DNA from: Octopus sinensis
Taxonomy: Eukaryota
Assembly: GCF_006345805.1 (NCBI RefSeq)
Contig: NC_043003.1
Coordinates: 90,458,001-90,522,000 of the forward strand
DNA length: 64,000 nt
Reading direction: 5' to 3'
A model generated the notes under the pieces. The model ran no database searches. It was given only the letters and a program-made list of their open reading frames with translations, and was not told the origin of the DNA. Numbering within the stretch: the stretch's first letter is position 1; each line of letters begins with the position of its first letter. This document shows, in pieces, positions 24,091 to 38,150 of the stretch. The position numbers and the translations under genes are program-made.

Positions 24091-24653
24091 GGAATCCATA
24101 GATCATGACTAAAGGCCTCACCTGCCTCTAGAGAGTTGGAACTCAATCAGGCTTGCAGGGCCTAACACTTCACAAGTGATTAACTACAAAAGAACATTAT
24201 AGATGAGAAGAATAAGAGAAGCAAAATAACTTCAGTTGTGGTGTAGAAGTGGTTTGTTAGGAACTTACTGTCCATTCTACAGCACATACTTTGTAAAGCT
24301 GAAGAGCTATGGAAAATATTTTCAGGGTATTTACTATCAATCTCACCTATTTTTCATATTTAATAATTTCTGTACAATATGACTTTCATGTTTATCAAAC
24401 ACAATAGATTACATACATTTCAGTTATTACACCAACTATGAGCTCATACGTACGTACATACATATCAACAACTGTGAGCTTATGCATCTAATATACATAC
24501 ATAATACAAAGCACTCTGTACTAGCTTGTACATATATGATAGAAAATACCCTACATATCCTACAGCATTCTGGAAAGAGAAGAGAACAAGGACAGTAGAA
24601 AAAAGAAAAAGGTTCTGAATGTTGAATATAATGATTTGTGTTGTTTTCATTAC

Positions 24654-24867
24654 CCATTATTTGAACTGATTAGAATATTTGTTTGATCCTTGAAAGTGTG
24701 GGCAACATTTTCTTTGGAATACAGCCCTATAGGTGAGTTGTACTGCCAGTTTCCTACAGCTTTTACTGTATTCCCTTTGTTTGCTTGTTGAGAGGGTAAA
24801 GGAGAAACACTTCGAGATCTGTTGGGTGACTGCATCGGATTCAAGGGTCTCAGGGCTGGAGGGGGTT
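24654..24867 (-). CDS. Zasp: Zasp exon C (214 nt, phase 1->2) carrying the ZM (Zasp-like) motif
   Basis: Acceptor ACTATTTCAG|AA and donor GG|GTAATG. Encodes PPPALRPLNPMQSPNRSRSVSPLP...GNWQYNSPIGLYSKENVAHTFKDQTNILISSNN. Confidence 0.92.
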
Positions 24868-25585
24868 CTGAAATAGTTGATCAGGTAAATAGTTTGTCAT
24901 TTTATTAACGTTTTTTTTTTATCATGAGTTGTAATTGAGAATGAGAGAGAGAGATAGAGAGAGGGGTCATGAGTGAGAGAGAGAGAGAGAGAGAGAGAGA
25001 AACATGTATGAGAGAAATAGAGAGAAGGCATTATGAAAAAGAAATAGAACACAAGAACAGTGTGAAAGAGAAAGAGAGAGAAAACATGTATGAGAGGGAA
25101 AAAGAGAGAAAATTTGCATATGTAAGCATGTAAGAAAGACAGGATATATATATATATATATATATATATGTAGAGACAGAGAGAGAGAAAAAGAGCTTAA
25201 GAAAAGTTTAAGAGTCAGAGAGAATGTGAGAAAGAGAACATTGAGGGAAATCAATGAAAAAGTGAAAGCAAAAAGATAAAGATAAAAGAAATGAGAGAAA
25301 GTGAGAAAGGAATGAATATGAAGGAAGAACAGAGATACAATGAGCTAATTTTTGAGAAAATGAATATAATGTATACGCACTTCTCTTTTTGCTTCCTTAT
25401 TACCAGAGTTTTATCAAATTACTGATAGAATTATTGATAATGTTTATATAATTAGATATGATAATGTTGACTGAATTAACTCCTAATGTATTACTGCTGT
25501 TTAGTTTTAAATAATAGAAGAATTGAAAAAAAATAATGGTAAAAGACAAAACTAAATGCAATAAGTTGTTTGTCATATCATTTCT

Positions 25586-25986
25586 GGCTGTGTGGTAAGT
25601 AGCTTGCTTACGAACTACATGGTTCTGGGTTCAGTCCCACTGCGTGGCATCTTGGGCAAGTTTCGTCTACTATAGCCTCGGGTCAACCAAAGCCTTGTAA
25701 GTGGATTTGGTAGACGGAAACTGAAAGAAACCTGTCGTATATATGTATATGTATATATATGCATGTGTGTGTATATGTTTGTGTGTCTGTGTTTATCCCC
25801 ACCAACATTGCTTGACAACCGATGCTGGTGTGTTTACGTCCGTGTAACTTAGCAGTTCGGCAAAAGAGACTGATAGAATAAGTACTAGGCTTACAAAAAA
25901 GAAGTCCTGGGGTCGATGTGCTTGATTAAAGGCGGTGCTCCAGCATGGCCACAGTCAAATGACTGAAACAAGTAAAAGAGTAAAGA
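25586..25986 (+). mobile_element. tRNA-derived SINE family A, full length
   Basis: tRNA-like head GGCTGTGTGGTAAG...GGTTCAGTCCC, central TTGGGCAAG segment, internal (TA/TG)n and (AAAGAGT)-type tail. Other copies at ~1-77, 16380-16585, 49534-49772, 60699-61120, 63601-63830. Confidence 0.85.
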
Positions 25987-26135
25987 GTATACTAGACTAT
26001 AAGAATATTATCTCTATATTCTGGGTCAAATTATGCACGTTAAAGTTACCTTGGGCAAGTGTCTTCTACAACAGCTCTGAGCCAACCATAGGCTTGTGAG
26101 TGAATTTGGTAGATGGAAACTGAAAGAAGCCTGTT

Positions 26136-26168
<33 letters not shown>

Positions 26169-28324
26169 TGTATGTACCTGCATCTGCATAGGTGTTTGTG
26201 TGTCTCTCTCTTTGCCTTGACATTATGTAATAGTTGTGCATGAGAATCACTATCCTATAAGCAGCATCATTCATTTCCAATCTCTTGTGAAAACATGTTT
26301 AGCCATGTGGATATATTACCTTACTTGGAAACAGTTGAGGCGTGGTGACAAAAATGGTATCCACCCAAAGAAAATCAGCCTAAATGAATTCCATATGACT
26401 CATGCAAGTATAGGAAAGTGGATGTTAAATGATGATTTCTTACATAGGGATAAACAAAGCCAAAATTTTGAACAGCAGGAACAGCCAATACTTAAAAGGT
26501 GTTTATTTAATCAACCTTGGAAGAATGAAAAGTGATTTCAAAATAAGTATTATTTGAGCTGGAGAAACTAAAGGGTTATAATTGTTGTAGCATCAAACAT
26601 TGTATCTGGTGCTCTCATCAGACCAGTAATTAGATTTATTGCAGTTTAGCACCAAAAATTTTATTTTGACTGAAGCACAGATGGCTTTGGGTTCCTTCAC
26701 ATGGCATGGCATCTTGGTTTACTATAGACATAGCTTGGAAACTGTATGGAAGCTCATTGTTTATGTCTTTGTTTGACAAAGCTTTGATGGTGATGACATT
26801 TATAAAAAAAATGTACAGTGGTGGTCCAATGTGCAAAGAAAATAAATAAAATACCTTATTTGTTGGATGATTTCATGGTTTGGGTGTTATAGTGTGGATG
26901 CCTCACAGAATGAGTACCTTGTGGTGTAGGTGTTTTAATGCAGAGAGGTGTAACATTGCAGTGTGTTGCATTATAATGTGATATGGTGCACTGCATAGTA
27001 CCATGTGTTTTATACCATTTAATGCTGCCGTATCAAGTGATGTTTGGTGCTGTATAGTGTAAAGTGGCATCACTACCATCATTTTTACATCTCTTCCAGC
27101 TCCTCTCCAACTACTTACACTTTTATATAATTCTTTCGAATACAGGCACAAGGTCTGACATTTTTTCTTGTATGTGGTGGTGGGATAGGCCAGTTGATTA
27201 CATTGACTCCAGTGCTTAACTGGTATTTATTCCATTGACCCCAAAAGAATGAAAGTCAAAATTGACCTCAGTGAAATTTGAACTCAGAACATAAAGATAG
27301 ATGAAATGCCACTAAGCATATTGTCTGACATGCTAATGGTTCTGTCAGCTCACTGCCTTTCACTTTTATATAATGCAAAGTAACATGTATCACATCAACA
27401 AGGAATAAACCTGTTCTGGCTCCTTTCTTAGCCACTCATCTAGCATAAAGTTGCCTCCCTTCCTACTATAGTTACATTCAGTCAAAGGGATCTTACTCTC
27501 GTAAAGCTACATGGTAACCTCACTAGTGTTGGTACCATGAAAAAAAAAAAAAAGCTCCAGTACAATTTAGAAAGTGGTTGGCATCAGAAAGCCATAGAAA
27601 CCATGTTAAAGCAAGTATTGGAGCTCAACACAGCCCTGAAACTTATTGGATACTGTCAAACCATCCAACACATGCCAGACAAGTAATGGCAATGATGCTG
27701 GTGTATGTGTAAATCAATCTGATGCAGAGTTGTGTAGGAACATGAAATGCTAAGTGTATAAGGCAGCAATACACAAATAATACACAATAGAAAAGCATAA
27801 TATGGTGTTTTAGTGCAGCCCATATCATATTTATTAATCCAGAACACCTGTACATTTGTCGACTGTTAACCTCTTTCTACATGTGGCACTTGCCACATGA
27901 TAATCACATAAGATAAATATAGAAAGAAAATAGAAATGTTTCATAATTCTAGTTTCTTGTAATTTTTTAAAATAGTTCTTGTAATGAGTTATTTTGAGAT
28001 AAAATTGTTTTTTGGCAATCTGGTGCTTCTATCCAGCACAGAACCAAATATTGTCAGTCACACTTTGAGTTTCATAACATAGAACATAATGAATTCTTTC
28101 ATCTCTCTCACTATCTACTATACACCAACCCAATCCTCTTTCTGCATGCATATACCCACTCAACCCTCTGTAGGCACCTTCTAGATAGATGATAGCTAGG
28201 TATCTACAAGGAGTACAACAGAAACGACATAACTAAAACTAGTAATGTGTAAATATTGTGATAGATCTTGCAGCAAACAGGCTGTCTAGAAGGTTAGAGA
28301 AAGCTCTCCTTCAACTAAACAGTG

Positions 28325-28388
<64 letters not shown>

Positions 28389-29699
28389 TGGGGGAGGACA
28401 AAAAAAACACAAACACCTTTTCTTAGCTCTCTTATCAAATAGAAAAAAAAAAAGCAACAAAAATATACTTGGTTTTTGATTATACTGAGTGGCTGTTCCC
28501 CCACCCCATAGAATTAACAGCCAAGCCTATTTAAACAGGTAGCAGCTAGCTTGCTTGTATGTAAACACCCTAGCTTATTTTCTTTCTGATATTGAGTTCC
28601 AGCTAGATAACTGTATTGTACACAACCAAATTTGGTCATGAATGACAATTGTATAAGTATACAGGTGGTATATTCCAGTGAGAAATAATTAGACAAAATG
28701 CTGTTTTTTTTTTATTTAAATTAAGGAAATTATTTTCATTTGATTAGATATTTCATTTCATTTGGGTTTTCAGTACAGCATTTTTTTTCTTCATGTCAAA
28801 TCTGAAATTTTTATATAAGTGTTTGAATTCTTTGTCAAAGCATGCAGATCCATTATATGAAGATAGTTTAGCAACCAAACAACAGGTGATTTGTATTTTT
28901 CAATGCATTATAGAATGCATAATGGTCAGGTGGATAAAGTATTGGAAAATAAACTTACAAGCTGGAAGTTCAAATTCAGTGCAGGCATATTGCTGTTTTT
29001 AAACATGACATTAGTTTCAGTTTACCAAGATTATTTCTGAAAACTTGGGGTCTCATATCTAGTAGAATATACAGTTTACACATTTCAGAGTATTTATCCC
29101 TAAACTATTACAAGACAAAGTCTTCAGTGGTATTCCAATATCCCAAATGATTATGGAACTCAGCTGTAAAATCTGTCAAAGCTGGTAAGCATTTATTTTT
29201 AATCCAATTGTTTATCACTCAAACTATAACAGGTACTTATTTTACCAACTTTAAAAATAACAGGACTCAAAACAGTGATTTCTAAAGTTAATTATCTATA
29301 AGACTATTTCTGGTGTACATTTAAAAAAAGAAAATAGAAAAAAAAAGGACTTTTCCAATTCATAGGATCATAAGGCTAGTTTCCTGTTTTTTGTGGTGTA
29401 TATTTCCCCAATCCTTGATGAGATGACAGTCTGTTGCATGCATTAGATGAATGTGAAATGAAATGTTTGCTCAAAAACATAATACTTTGCCTGGGCTAGG
29501 AATTGAAACTACAATCTTACGACCATGAGTGCAACACCCTAACCACTAAGCAAGGCACCTCCATGGTGCTTATTTTACGAACCCTAAAAAAAAAAATCCC
29601 TCAAAACAATGATATCTAAGATACTATTATTTTGACTTAAAAGAATCAAAGCCAGCTGAATCACAAAGATGATAAGTTTCCTGGTTGAAAGATTCTCGA

Positions 29700-30340
29700 G
29701 TCATCTCCTGACATTGGCTCTTTGCTGAATATTCAATAAATTCAAATCTAATTGATTCAATCCTCTTAAATGTAAATACCATATAGAAGTATAAGCTCAA
29801 AGCTAAGTAACAAAGTCACTGTGCGATTAGGATTAGCACAAATGTGCAGTATTGAACTTGAATCTTTTGCAAGCTAAAGAAAAGAATGGATATCCACCAT
29901 AAATAATTCCAAACCTGTTAAAATGGCACTGAGGTGATTTCTCTGAGATATAAGAACAACAAATCATATTGATTTAATGTCTAAATGAAGAATGGATATT
30001 AAAACTTTAATGAATACTAATATCCTAATCCAGTGTCTAGACATTGCATGCTTCCCTGAAGACCTTCAACTAATGTAGGACCAAGACGGAAGGTATGCTC
30101 AGGTCAAAAATACCTGAGCAAGATGATGAAAATGTTAATTCTAGTATATACTCATCCCTATAGTACCAATGCAGAGGTATTCAGTGAAGTGCAGATTGGA
30201 TAACCAAGCAGGTGCAATATCTCTGAATTTCATTTTGGACATTAATATATCTATCTTAACCAAGCATAACAATGTGTACATTGTTGTCCTGATGGAAGAT
30301 TAACAAGTATGCAATGTAACCTCAATATCTGATCGCCTAC
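29700..30340 (+). mobile_element. Highly decayed RTE-like reverse-transcriptase remnant
   Basis: Only weak traces of the RT motifs remain. Confidence 0.3.
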
Positions 30341-31220
30341 CTCTAGTCTATAGTTCTGCTTAACTTCTTTGTTATTATATTTCTGTTAAGAATATGCTAC
30401 CTTAATTTCAATTAATTTCTTAAAACCATGAAGAATTTAGTAAAACAACTCTCATTATGTAGGTATGTGGAACATAAATTAACATGTAACTTCGATCTAA
30501 GGTTTTAATTAATATAATTTTAAAATATGAATTTTCTACCATAGAATCAGGTGACAGTCTCTGGTGGGTTGGCATCAAAAGGGTTAAACAGTAGCAGTTG
30601 GGATTAATTAATCAATAACAACAAGGATATCCTACTTCTACTTTTGTTAGGCTTTCAGAAAAATATAACTTATTTGAAATTCAGAAATGTACTTGTCTGG
30701 CAAGTGATTTGATCTGAGATTGTCTGTTGAAACTAAAGCAATTACATTATGAAAACCATATTAATCACTCAAAAACATAAAAACTGTTCACTTCACTTAT
30801 TATTGGATGTCAAAATTTTCATTGCACGATCTGTTATCTAATCATAGCTAGCAGTGTGAGGAAAATTTTGATATGAAATAATGATTAAGTGTAGTTAACA
30901 GTTTTTATTGCTTTTGAATGGTTAACATGTATCTTCCACACTATAACAGCGTATTTGAAATTTGAAAGAATTTTTCTATGATGTCAGTCTAGGAACTTGG
31001 TATAAATCAACAACAGAAAACTACTCAAAGCTTGTGCTACACAATAATGATTTGGAATGTTTTGATTCTAGTACTTGTAAAATGGGAAAGTAATGTGTAG
31101 CTTTCAGTTTGTTCTGGTCATTTTGACAAAAATGCTAACTTCGTTAATTATATACAATGTTTGCATAAAATGTTATTGGGTATATGTCTCTACAAGTTTA
31201 TAGAGAAAATAATGTGGTGA

Positions 31221-31355
<135 letters not shown>

Positions 31356-31499
31356 ATTACTATCATTTTTTGTTTCATAGTTATCAAATTGTAATAAATA
31401 TTTCCTTTAATATATAAAATCAGGAATTTTGCAGGTAAATGATGGAGGAAAAAAAAAAAAGAAAAAAGCCTTGGAATATGGCTTGATATCACACCTTAC

Positions 31500-31636
31500 C
31501 TTGACCACTGTCCATCAAGCCTTGTAACAATTTGAAAGACCTTGACTGCTGTGTAGAAGTGGGGCGGTCTTCCTCAGCTTCTGCATATTTGTTAAGAGAG
31601 GGCTGAAAAACTGTTGGTGGAGGTGGAAAGGTTTCC
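31500..31636 (-). CDS. Zasp: Zasp exon B (137 nt, phase 2->1): ETFPPPPTVFQPSLNKYAEAEEDRPTSTQQSRSFKLLQGLMDSGQ
   Basis: Acceptor ...TATTTCAATGTACAG|G and donor CAAG|GTAAGG. Contains the QSRSFxxL motif seen in LDB3/ALP-type proteins. Confidence 0.88.
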
Positions 31637-33389
31637 CTGTACATTGAAATAGACACAGAGGATAAAGACCCAAGAACTGAACACACAACACAGAGGAGTT
31701 GGAAGGGACAGAATAAGAAGATGTGACAAGTAAAATAGTATCACATGCATTGTGAAACAAATGTAAAATCAATGAAAACAAAGATAAAACAAATTGTCAG
31801 TGGGTTTTGACATGCTCTTCAATAAATTTTGTAAATTTCATCAACTGCAAACAAATCTAATAAGAACATGACATGCTTTCATTAAGAACCATGAGAAAAA
31901 CTTAAGCAAATTACAAAAATAAATTTTTCACTTTAAATGTTTTGAAAGAAAAAACAAAAAAGAGAAAACGGTAAATATTAAAAAATTAAGCCTATAATGA
32001 ATAATAGATTATGAGAACTTCAGACTAAGTAAACAAAATATTGAACATGTGAATTCTGTGCTTCTTTTTCTTTAATTTCAATTTTAAATTTTTACTCCTG
32101 TACTTATAATGGTAAAATGATTATCTCCCTTGCAATAGCTATAACCATTAGAGGGACCACATCTGGATTTCATTTCTAAACGAACATTTTTAGAATTTGC
32201 CTCCTCAATTTTTATCATTATATCATTCTATATTAACTCTTTTGTTATCATATTACTGTTGAAATACTCTGCTTTTGTTCCAATTAATTTTGAAAATAAT
32301 GAAGAACTTACTAAAATAATTTTGTCATAATTAAGCTGGTGTTTGGAACATAAATTAACATGAAATTTTGATGGAAAATTTTAAAGTAGATCATTTTAAA
32401 ATAGGAAGTTTCTATCATAGAACAGACAATTCTTGACATTCTTAATATATTTTCCTTGTTACCTAAGATTATATCTGAATTTGTTGTTCATTTGATCTTC
32501 AAGGCTTACATCATGCTATACCTATCATGACTCCTGTTTTAGCTCTATTCTAACTATAGTATGGAAACAGCCCACAGTGCTCACATTTCATTTCTGTGCA
32601 GTAACTGTTAGATCTGTACCTTTGCAGAAACTCTTTCAGACTCTGATATCAGTTTGTGTAAATACGCTCTGAATAAATTATAGCTTAAGTAAAACAGCAC
32701 AATTCTGTTTTTCATTCTTTTTCAGTGACTAGCAGCTTTCCCAGAGGGTACTTATTTACAGTACATTAAAGAATAAAATACATTAAAACTGAAAGAATTT
32801 TGGTGCACTCTGCACTATTTCTTTTTTAACAAAACTAATATGATCACTTTTGTGTAGAACACAATATCAAAAGGATTTTTAACCCAGTTGTTTTCACATC
32901 TTTTTTTTTGCCCCTTTACTTTTATTAAGAAAAGAAAATCCTTTGAGTTTATTACTAAATTCTAGTTTGGTATGTTATTAGTTTAAAAATATCAATGTTT
33001 TCAAAATAACAATAACATGTAAATGAGATGAAAGCATGCTGAATATTAAGATATCATGCACATATAAAAAAAAAAAGGTCCTTCACACATTTTGGAATTT
33101 ACCTCTCCCATATTATATGAACTTCCTTCAACAATAAAAATAAAACTACCTTGGCTAATCTATAGCTGTTAGAAAGAAATGTAAAATGAAAGGAGCAAAA
33201 AGGAAAAAAAATTAGTGGAAACTTCCCGGGGTAGGTCTCGGCTGTCTGTCTTTCTATCTATCTATAATATGGGGGTTTAGTTCACTGGTAATCTAAACCA
33301 ATAGGTGGATAAGTGTTGTAACAAATTACCTGGGTTCCAAGCTTGTAATTGAGATGAGAGCTATGGATCCATTTTAGGTTTCCGATTTA

Positions 33390-33551
33390 GCAGATATATA
33401 AATACATACACATACATATACATATAAATATATATACACACACACACACATACATATATCTAACATATATATACACATATAAATATACATACACATATAT
33501 ATATCTATATACATACACACACATATATATATCTATATACATACACACACA

Positions 33552-33641
<90 letters not shown>

Positions 33642-33664
33642 CATCTATCTATCTATCTATCTAT
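33390..33664. repeat. Compound (TA)/(CA)/(CT)/(ATCT) microsatellite
   Basis: Seen directly. Similar tracts at 75-540, 15585-15637, 28326-28388 and 39160-39285. Confidence 0.95.
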
Positions 33665-34140
33665 CGACTGACGTGTTGTCACATTGGCTCCGAAGGTAAT
33701 TGTTTATTTCGACCATTTATAGCCCTCATTTTGTGTATTTTTTTGCAAATAAGGTGTGTAAAGCACCCAACTTTCATTTGAGTGTTGTTCCAAGGGAGGA
33801 ATTGGCCCCTAGGGGCTGTTTCAACCCTAATTAAATTGTATATTTTGTTTCTCGATTTCAAAAATGTCAAGAAATTTTATTGTCGAATGCTGGTCAAATT
33901 CCTTCATGGGCAGTTTAATTATACATTTATTCTGTACCTAAATAATGTATCTCATCGACAAAAATGTAATAGCAATAAATCTTCAGAAACCAATTCTTTT
34001 TAAAAAGTTAAAGGAAAATTTATGAAGAAAATGTTAAAGAAAAGATGTAGTCCTCTATATATAAAAGCAAAAATTGTAAATAAAAATCTAACTTTCTGTT
34101 CTCCATTAATAATGTATCATTAAAAGCCAAATTATTTCAA

Positions 34141-34714
34141 ATAGACCCAGGAAGACATGGGACAAGGTGGTCAAGCATGACCTTTGTACGTTGAGCCTCA
34201 CAGAGGCTATGACGAAAGACCGAGACATCTGGAGATATGCTGTGACTTCAAAGACCCAACAAATGAAGTGAGTTCATGGCTCGCAGGACGGCCTGCTGTG
34301 CTAACCTTGGATTGTAGAGTGACCCGCTGTTCTTGAGGAGACCTATTGAGTCAAGTACGTCAACATCAAAATAGAAATTAAATGGAAATTGTAGTTAAGA
34401 TATCGGTGACGCATAAAAAGCACCATCCAAATGTGGCAGATGCCAGTGCCGCCTGACTGGCGTCCGTGTCGGTAACACGTAAAAGCACCAACTAATCGTG
34501 GCTGTTTGCCAGCCTCCTCTGGCCCCTGTGCCAGTGGCATGTAAAAAACACCCACTACACTCACAGAGTGGTTGGTGTTAGGAAGGGCATCCAGCTGTAG
34601 AAACACTGTCAGATCAGACTGGAGCCTGGTGCAGCCTCCTGGCTTCCCAGACCCTGGTCGAACCGTTCAACCCATGCTAGCATGGAAAACGGACGTTAAA
34701 CGATGATGATGATG
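34141..34714 (+). mobile_element. 5'-truncated RTE LINE (ORF2 end plus 3'UTR)
   Basis: RPRKTWDKVVKHDLCTLSLTEAMTKDRDIWRYAV...* (34143-34271), then the GGATGCCCTTCC-type UTR and (GAT)n tail. This identifies the many UTR-only copies as RTE ends. Confidence 0.88.
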
Positions 34715-37700
34715 TTCAGTTATATCAAAGCCTGCTCTGACCCACACCAATCTCTTTCAAAAGCAATATGATCACAACTATTCTCTGAGGTATCCTCTTC
34801 AATTATATTTTGCAGTAGGTTTAGTATTATAATTCTAACACTTTTTCTAAAAATCATATCCAAACACTTTAATTTTGCAATTTCCTAACAAAATATATTT
34901 TTCAGATTCATGAAGATTAATTATGATGACAAATATTCTGTGATGATTTCATGTACTTCTACTTGGTTCTTCCACTTTAATTATGTTATTCTTTACCATT
35001 TATAGCAGTCACCCATGAACAAGTCTGACTCAGTAACATGTACCATGCTTTTACTAATTCTCTTAGGTGCCTATGTAGTCATGAACAGACATGCACTTTC
35101 TTAGCCCTCTTCCTACCCTCAGCCGAATGGAACATCCAAGATGTGAAAACTGGAAGGAGAAAGAGGGCTTCAACAGCAATTAGTTGACACTTATTTCACC
35201 TATTTATGTCAGTAGACTGGAGCAATGTGAAATGAAGGGTCTTGTTCAAGGACACAATGCCCCACTCTGTCAAGGAACCAAACCCATAATCGTAAGATTG
35301 TGAACTGAACCCTCTAACCATTAAGCCAGATGATAAAAAGAAACTTATCCTATATACCTTGCCGCTATTGTCATTATGATTTTGCAATGGCTTTTCCTTC
35401 TGCTATATATTGTAGCAATTATTATTATCTGATTTTAATATAATGCCATCTTCTTAGAAACACTGTATTTGATATTTTCTTCTGTCTGAATGGATAGAAT
35501 ATTGGACTACTAATATTACTCATCCATATCTCATTGTAGGTTTGTGGTTTATTTAAGCCTAAACAGTTTTTAGATTGTTTCAGTTGACTACTGTCCAATT
35601 TGAGAGGAGAGGCTGTCCTTTCAGATGTTTAATTCTACAGAAACAGGGATTAAAGTAGGAATTATTATTGTTTTGGACAAAAGATTGACTTTAAAATGCT
35701 TAAGTTAAAAAATATATGGAAAAATTAATTTTGTAAGCTACTGACTAAAAGAAACAATATTCAATCAATATAGCCATGTTGGTTATTGATATAAATAGTA
35801 GAGAGAGAGGGAGGGAGAGAGAGATTTGAGGGAGATAAGGCAATCATCTTTGCAAGTCAAGCAACTACATAGAAGTTTCTCTAACAGAAAGCTAAATTTA
35901 ATTCCTTGCAATTTAAAATACATTTGTAAATAACTACAACAATATTATAAAAAGAAACTTACTATAAAAGAAACTATGGAAGTAAGAGGAATGAAAGGTT
36001 GTGTTTAAAGTTATTCTATATAACATGCCATAGAATATATATTTTTAATTCTAAAAAAATCTTATTAGTTACTTTGAAATAAAAATGTTAATTTTGTTTT
36101 TCTAAAGAAATTAATTATAATTTAACTAAGCTATTGTCAACTACAGTACTGAAATGCATATTAAAGAATTTTGGAAGTCAGCGTCACATGTAGAGAAAAT
36201 GAGAGTAAAAGTTAAAAGAAATACATTTAAATTTAAGCAATGTAAATCATTTTGTTTCTCATTTAAAATAACAATAAAGATATACTACTGATTCATAAAG
36301 TAGCTTAATATTGAAATATAGAGATGACAGTGTTACTTATAAGTTTCAACAGACGTGTGTATGTCCGTCTCCAAGAGGGTGCACAGGATGGTATTGCCCC
36401 CTCACTATACAATGGTGCACCCTCAGATTCATTCCACTTTAGTGACTCCAGTTTAGCATTATTACAAATTAGTGCCTACCCAGAATATTCTGAAGCGCCT
36501 CCAGGCACAAAAGTCTAGTGACAGGCTTGTGTATGTGTACAGAAAACGATTATTGCCAAGCCAATAAGGTGTATGATATAATAAATCTGTTGTGCTTTAC
36601 TAATGTCTCAAAAGTATCTTATTTTTTTTAATGCTACCAGAATGTTGAAATTTTGAATGAATATTTAGTTTTCTTTATATGACATGAATACATTGGTTCA
36701 TGTTGTGGCTGTCAATTTTCTTGTACAGATTATATAATCACAGATAAGTGTTGTACAGATTTCATACATCTAAAAAAAAAAAAAAACTATTCCTGAAAAT
36801 TTAATCAACCTTATAAACTGTATATCATTTATATTAGTTCTTAGATTGAATTTATTAAAAATTGTCCATTTAAACTTCATGGCTGATTAGTGAGAACTTA
36901 AGTTTCAAGCTAAATGTCTATAGTAGATCAATGAATCTACTCAAGCATATTTTATTATGATATATTCAGAATGAACACGATATAAGCTACAATCAGAACT
37001 ACTACTTGAGTACTGGAACAGATTTCTTCCTCAAACAATACAACTAGAAATATGCATAGACAACCTTTCATTTATTATTATATATGTAAGCATAATTTCA
37101 TACATAAAATATGAATGTCTTTCAATTAAACTTAAGATCACATACTTTTAGGGATATAATACAATTCTATATAATATATCCAATTATGGAGTCAACTTCA
37201 CCATATTACTCATATTTATTTATCTTGGAAGGATGAAAATAAAAGTTGACCCTAGCAAGATTTCAACTGAAAATCTAGAGCAATGGAATTACATATGTAA
37301 TATATCTAATCAGATGTATGACTCTTTCTGCTAACTTAAAGCCATTGATATACAAAATATTGCAAGACAAATTTTATTATTTATTTACTATTTAACTAAA
37401 TTAAAAACTACTAAACAATAGAATAGCCACTAAAAATGGCCCTAAGAGTAGAAACGCATTCTTAGTTAATAACATTTAGAAAACATATAGGAGTTGATTT
37501 TGGAGAGGTAAAAAAATTATGTGTATTCAAAATAATGAAGAAAGGAATTAATATTGGTTCCTCTGAAGAAAGGGTTTAATCTATAAGCATTAACTAACAC
37601 CCTTAAAAAAAAAAGTAAAATCTGATACTTTTTAAATCTTTCTAAATGTCAAGATAATCTAGAATAATTATCCATCCAATGGTGAAAAATCTTATCTTAT

Positions 37701-37949
37701 TTCATTGTTAGAATTTTCCATTTGTTTAAGCTTTGATTTTTTTTGTACCCACCCCCCATTAATCCAGCAAATAAATAAATAAAAAAAAAAAAACTTAATA
37801 TACTTAATCCAGTTAGCAACATTGAAAGAAGGTTGATATATGTAAACATAATTCTGCAGAGCTAAAAAAACAGATATTCTACTGAAGAAGGAAGTTAAGT
37901 CGATGGACATAGGCAATTCCTGATGATTTTGATAAAATGAAATACTTAC

Positions 37950-38014
37950 CCACTTCCATGAGAAAATCCAGAGTGTTGACCTGCTGGAAATGGCCGGGCG
38001 ACAGCATTGAAGTT
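37950..38014 (-). CDS. Zasp: Zasp exon A (65 nt, phase 0->2): NFNAVARPFPAGQHSGFSHGS(G)
   Basis: Acceptor TTTTTTCTTCTTTTACCTCATTTAG| and donor GG|GTAAGT. The peptide resembles the 'HNRxARPF' motif of Zasp/ALP proteins, and the end phase matches the next exon. Confidence 0.8.
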
Positions 38015-38150
38015 CTAAATGAGGTAAAAGAAGAAAAAATAGAAATTAAATACTGATTACTGTTTAAATCTTTTCGTTAGAAGAGATTTAAGTAATGAAT
38101 ATAAACAAATTGACATATTCACTTGGTACAAGAATATTGTGAACTTGTAT

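Noticed and set aside
33215-33990. Possible non-autonomous element split by a microsatellite, with palindrome GCCCCTAGGGGC (33805-33816)
   Set aside because: Ends could not be defined and no second copy is present in the window.
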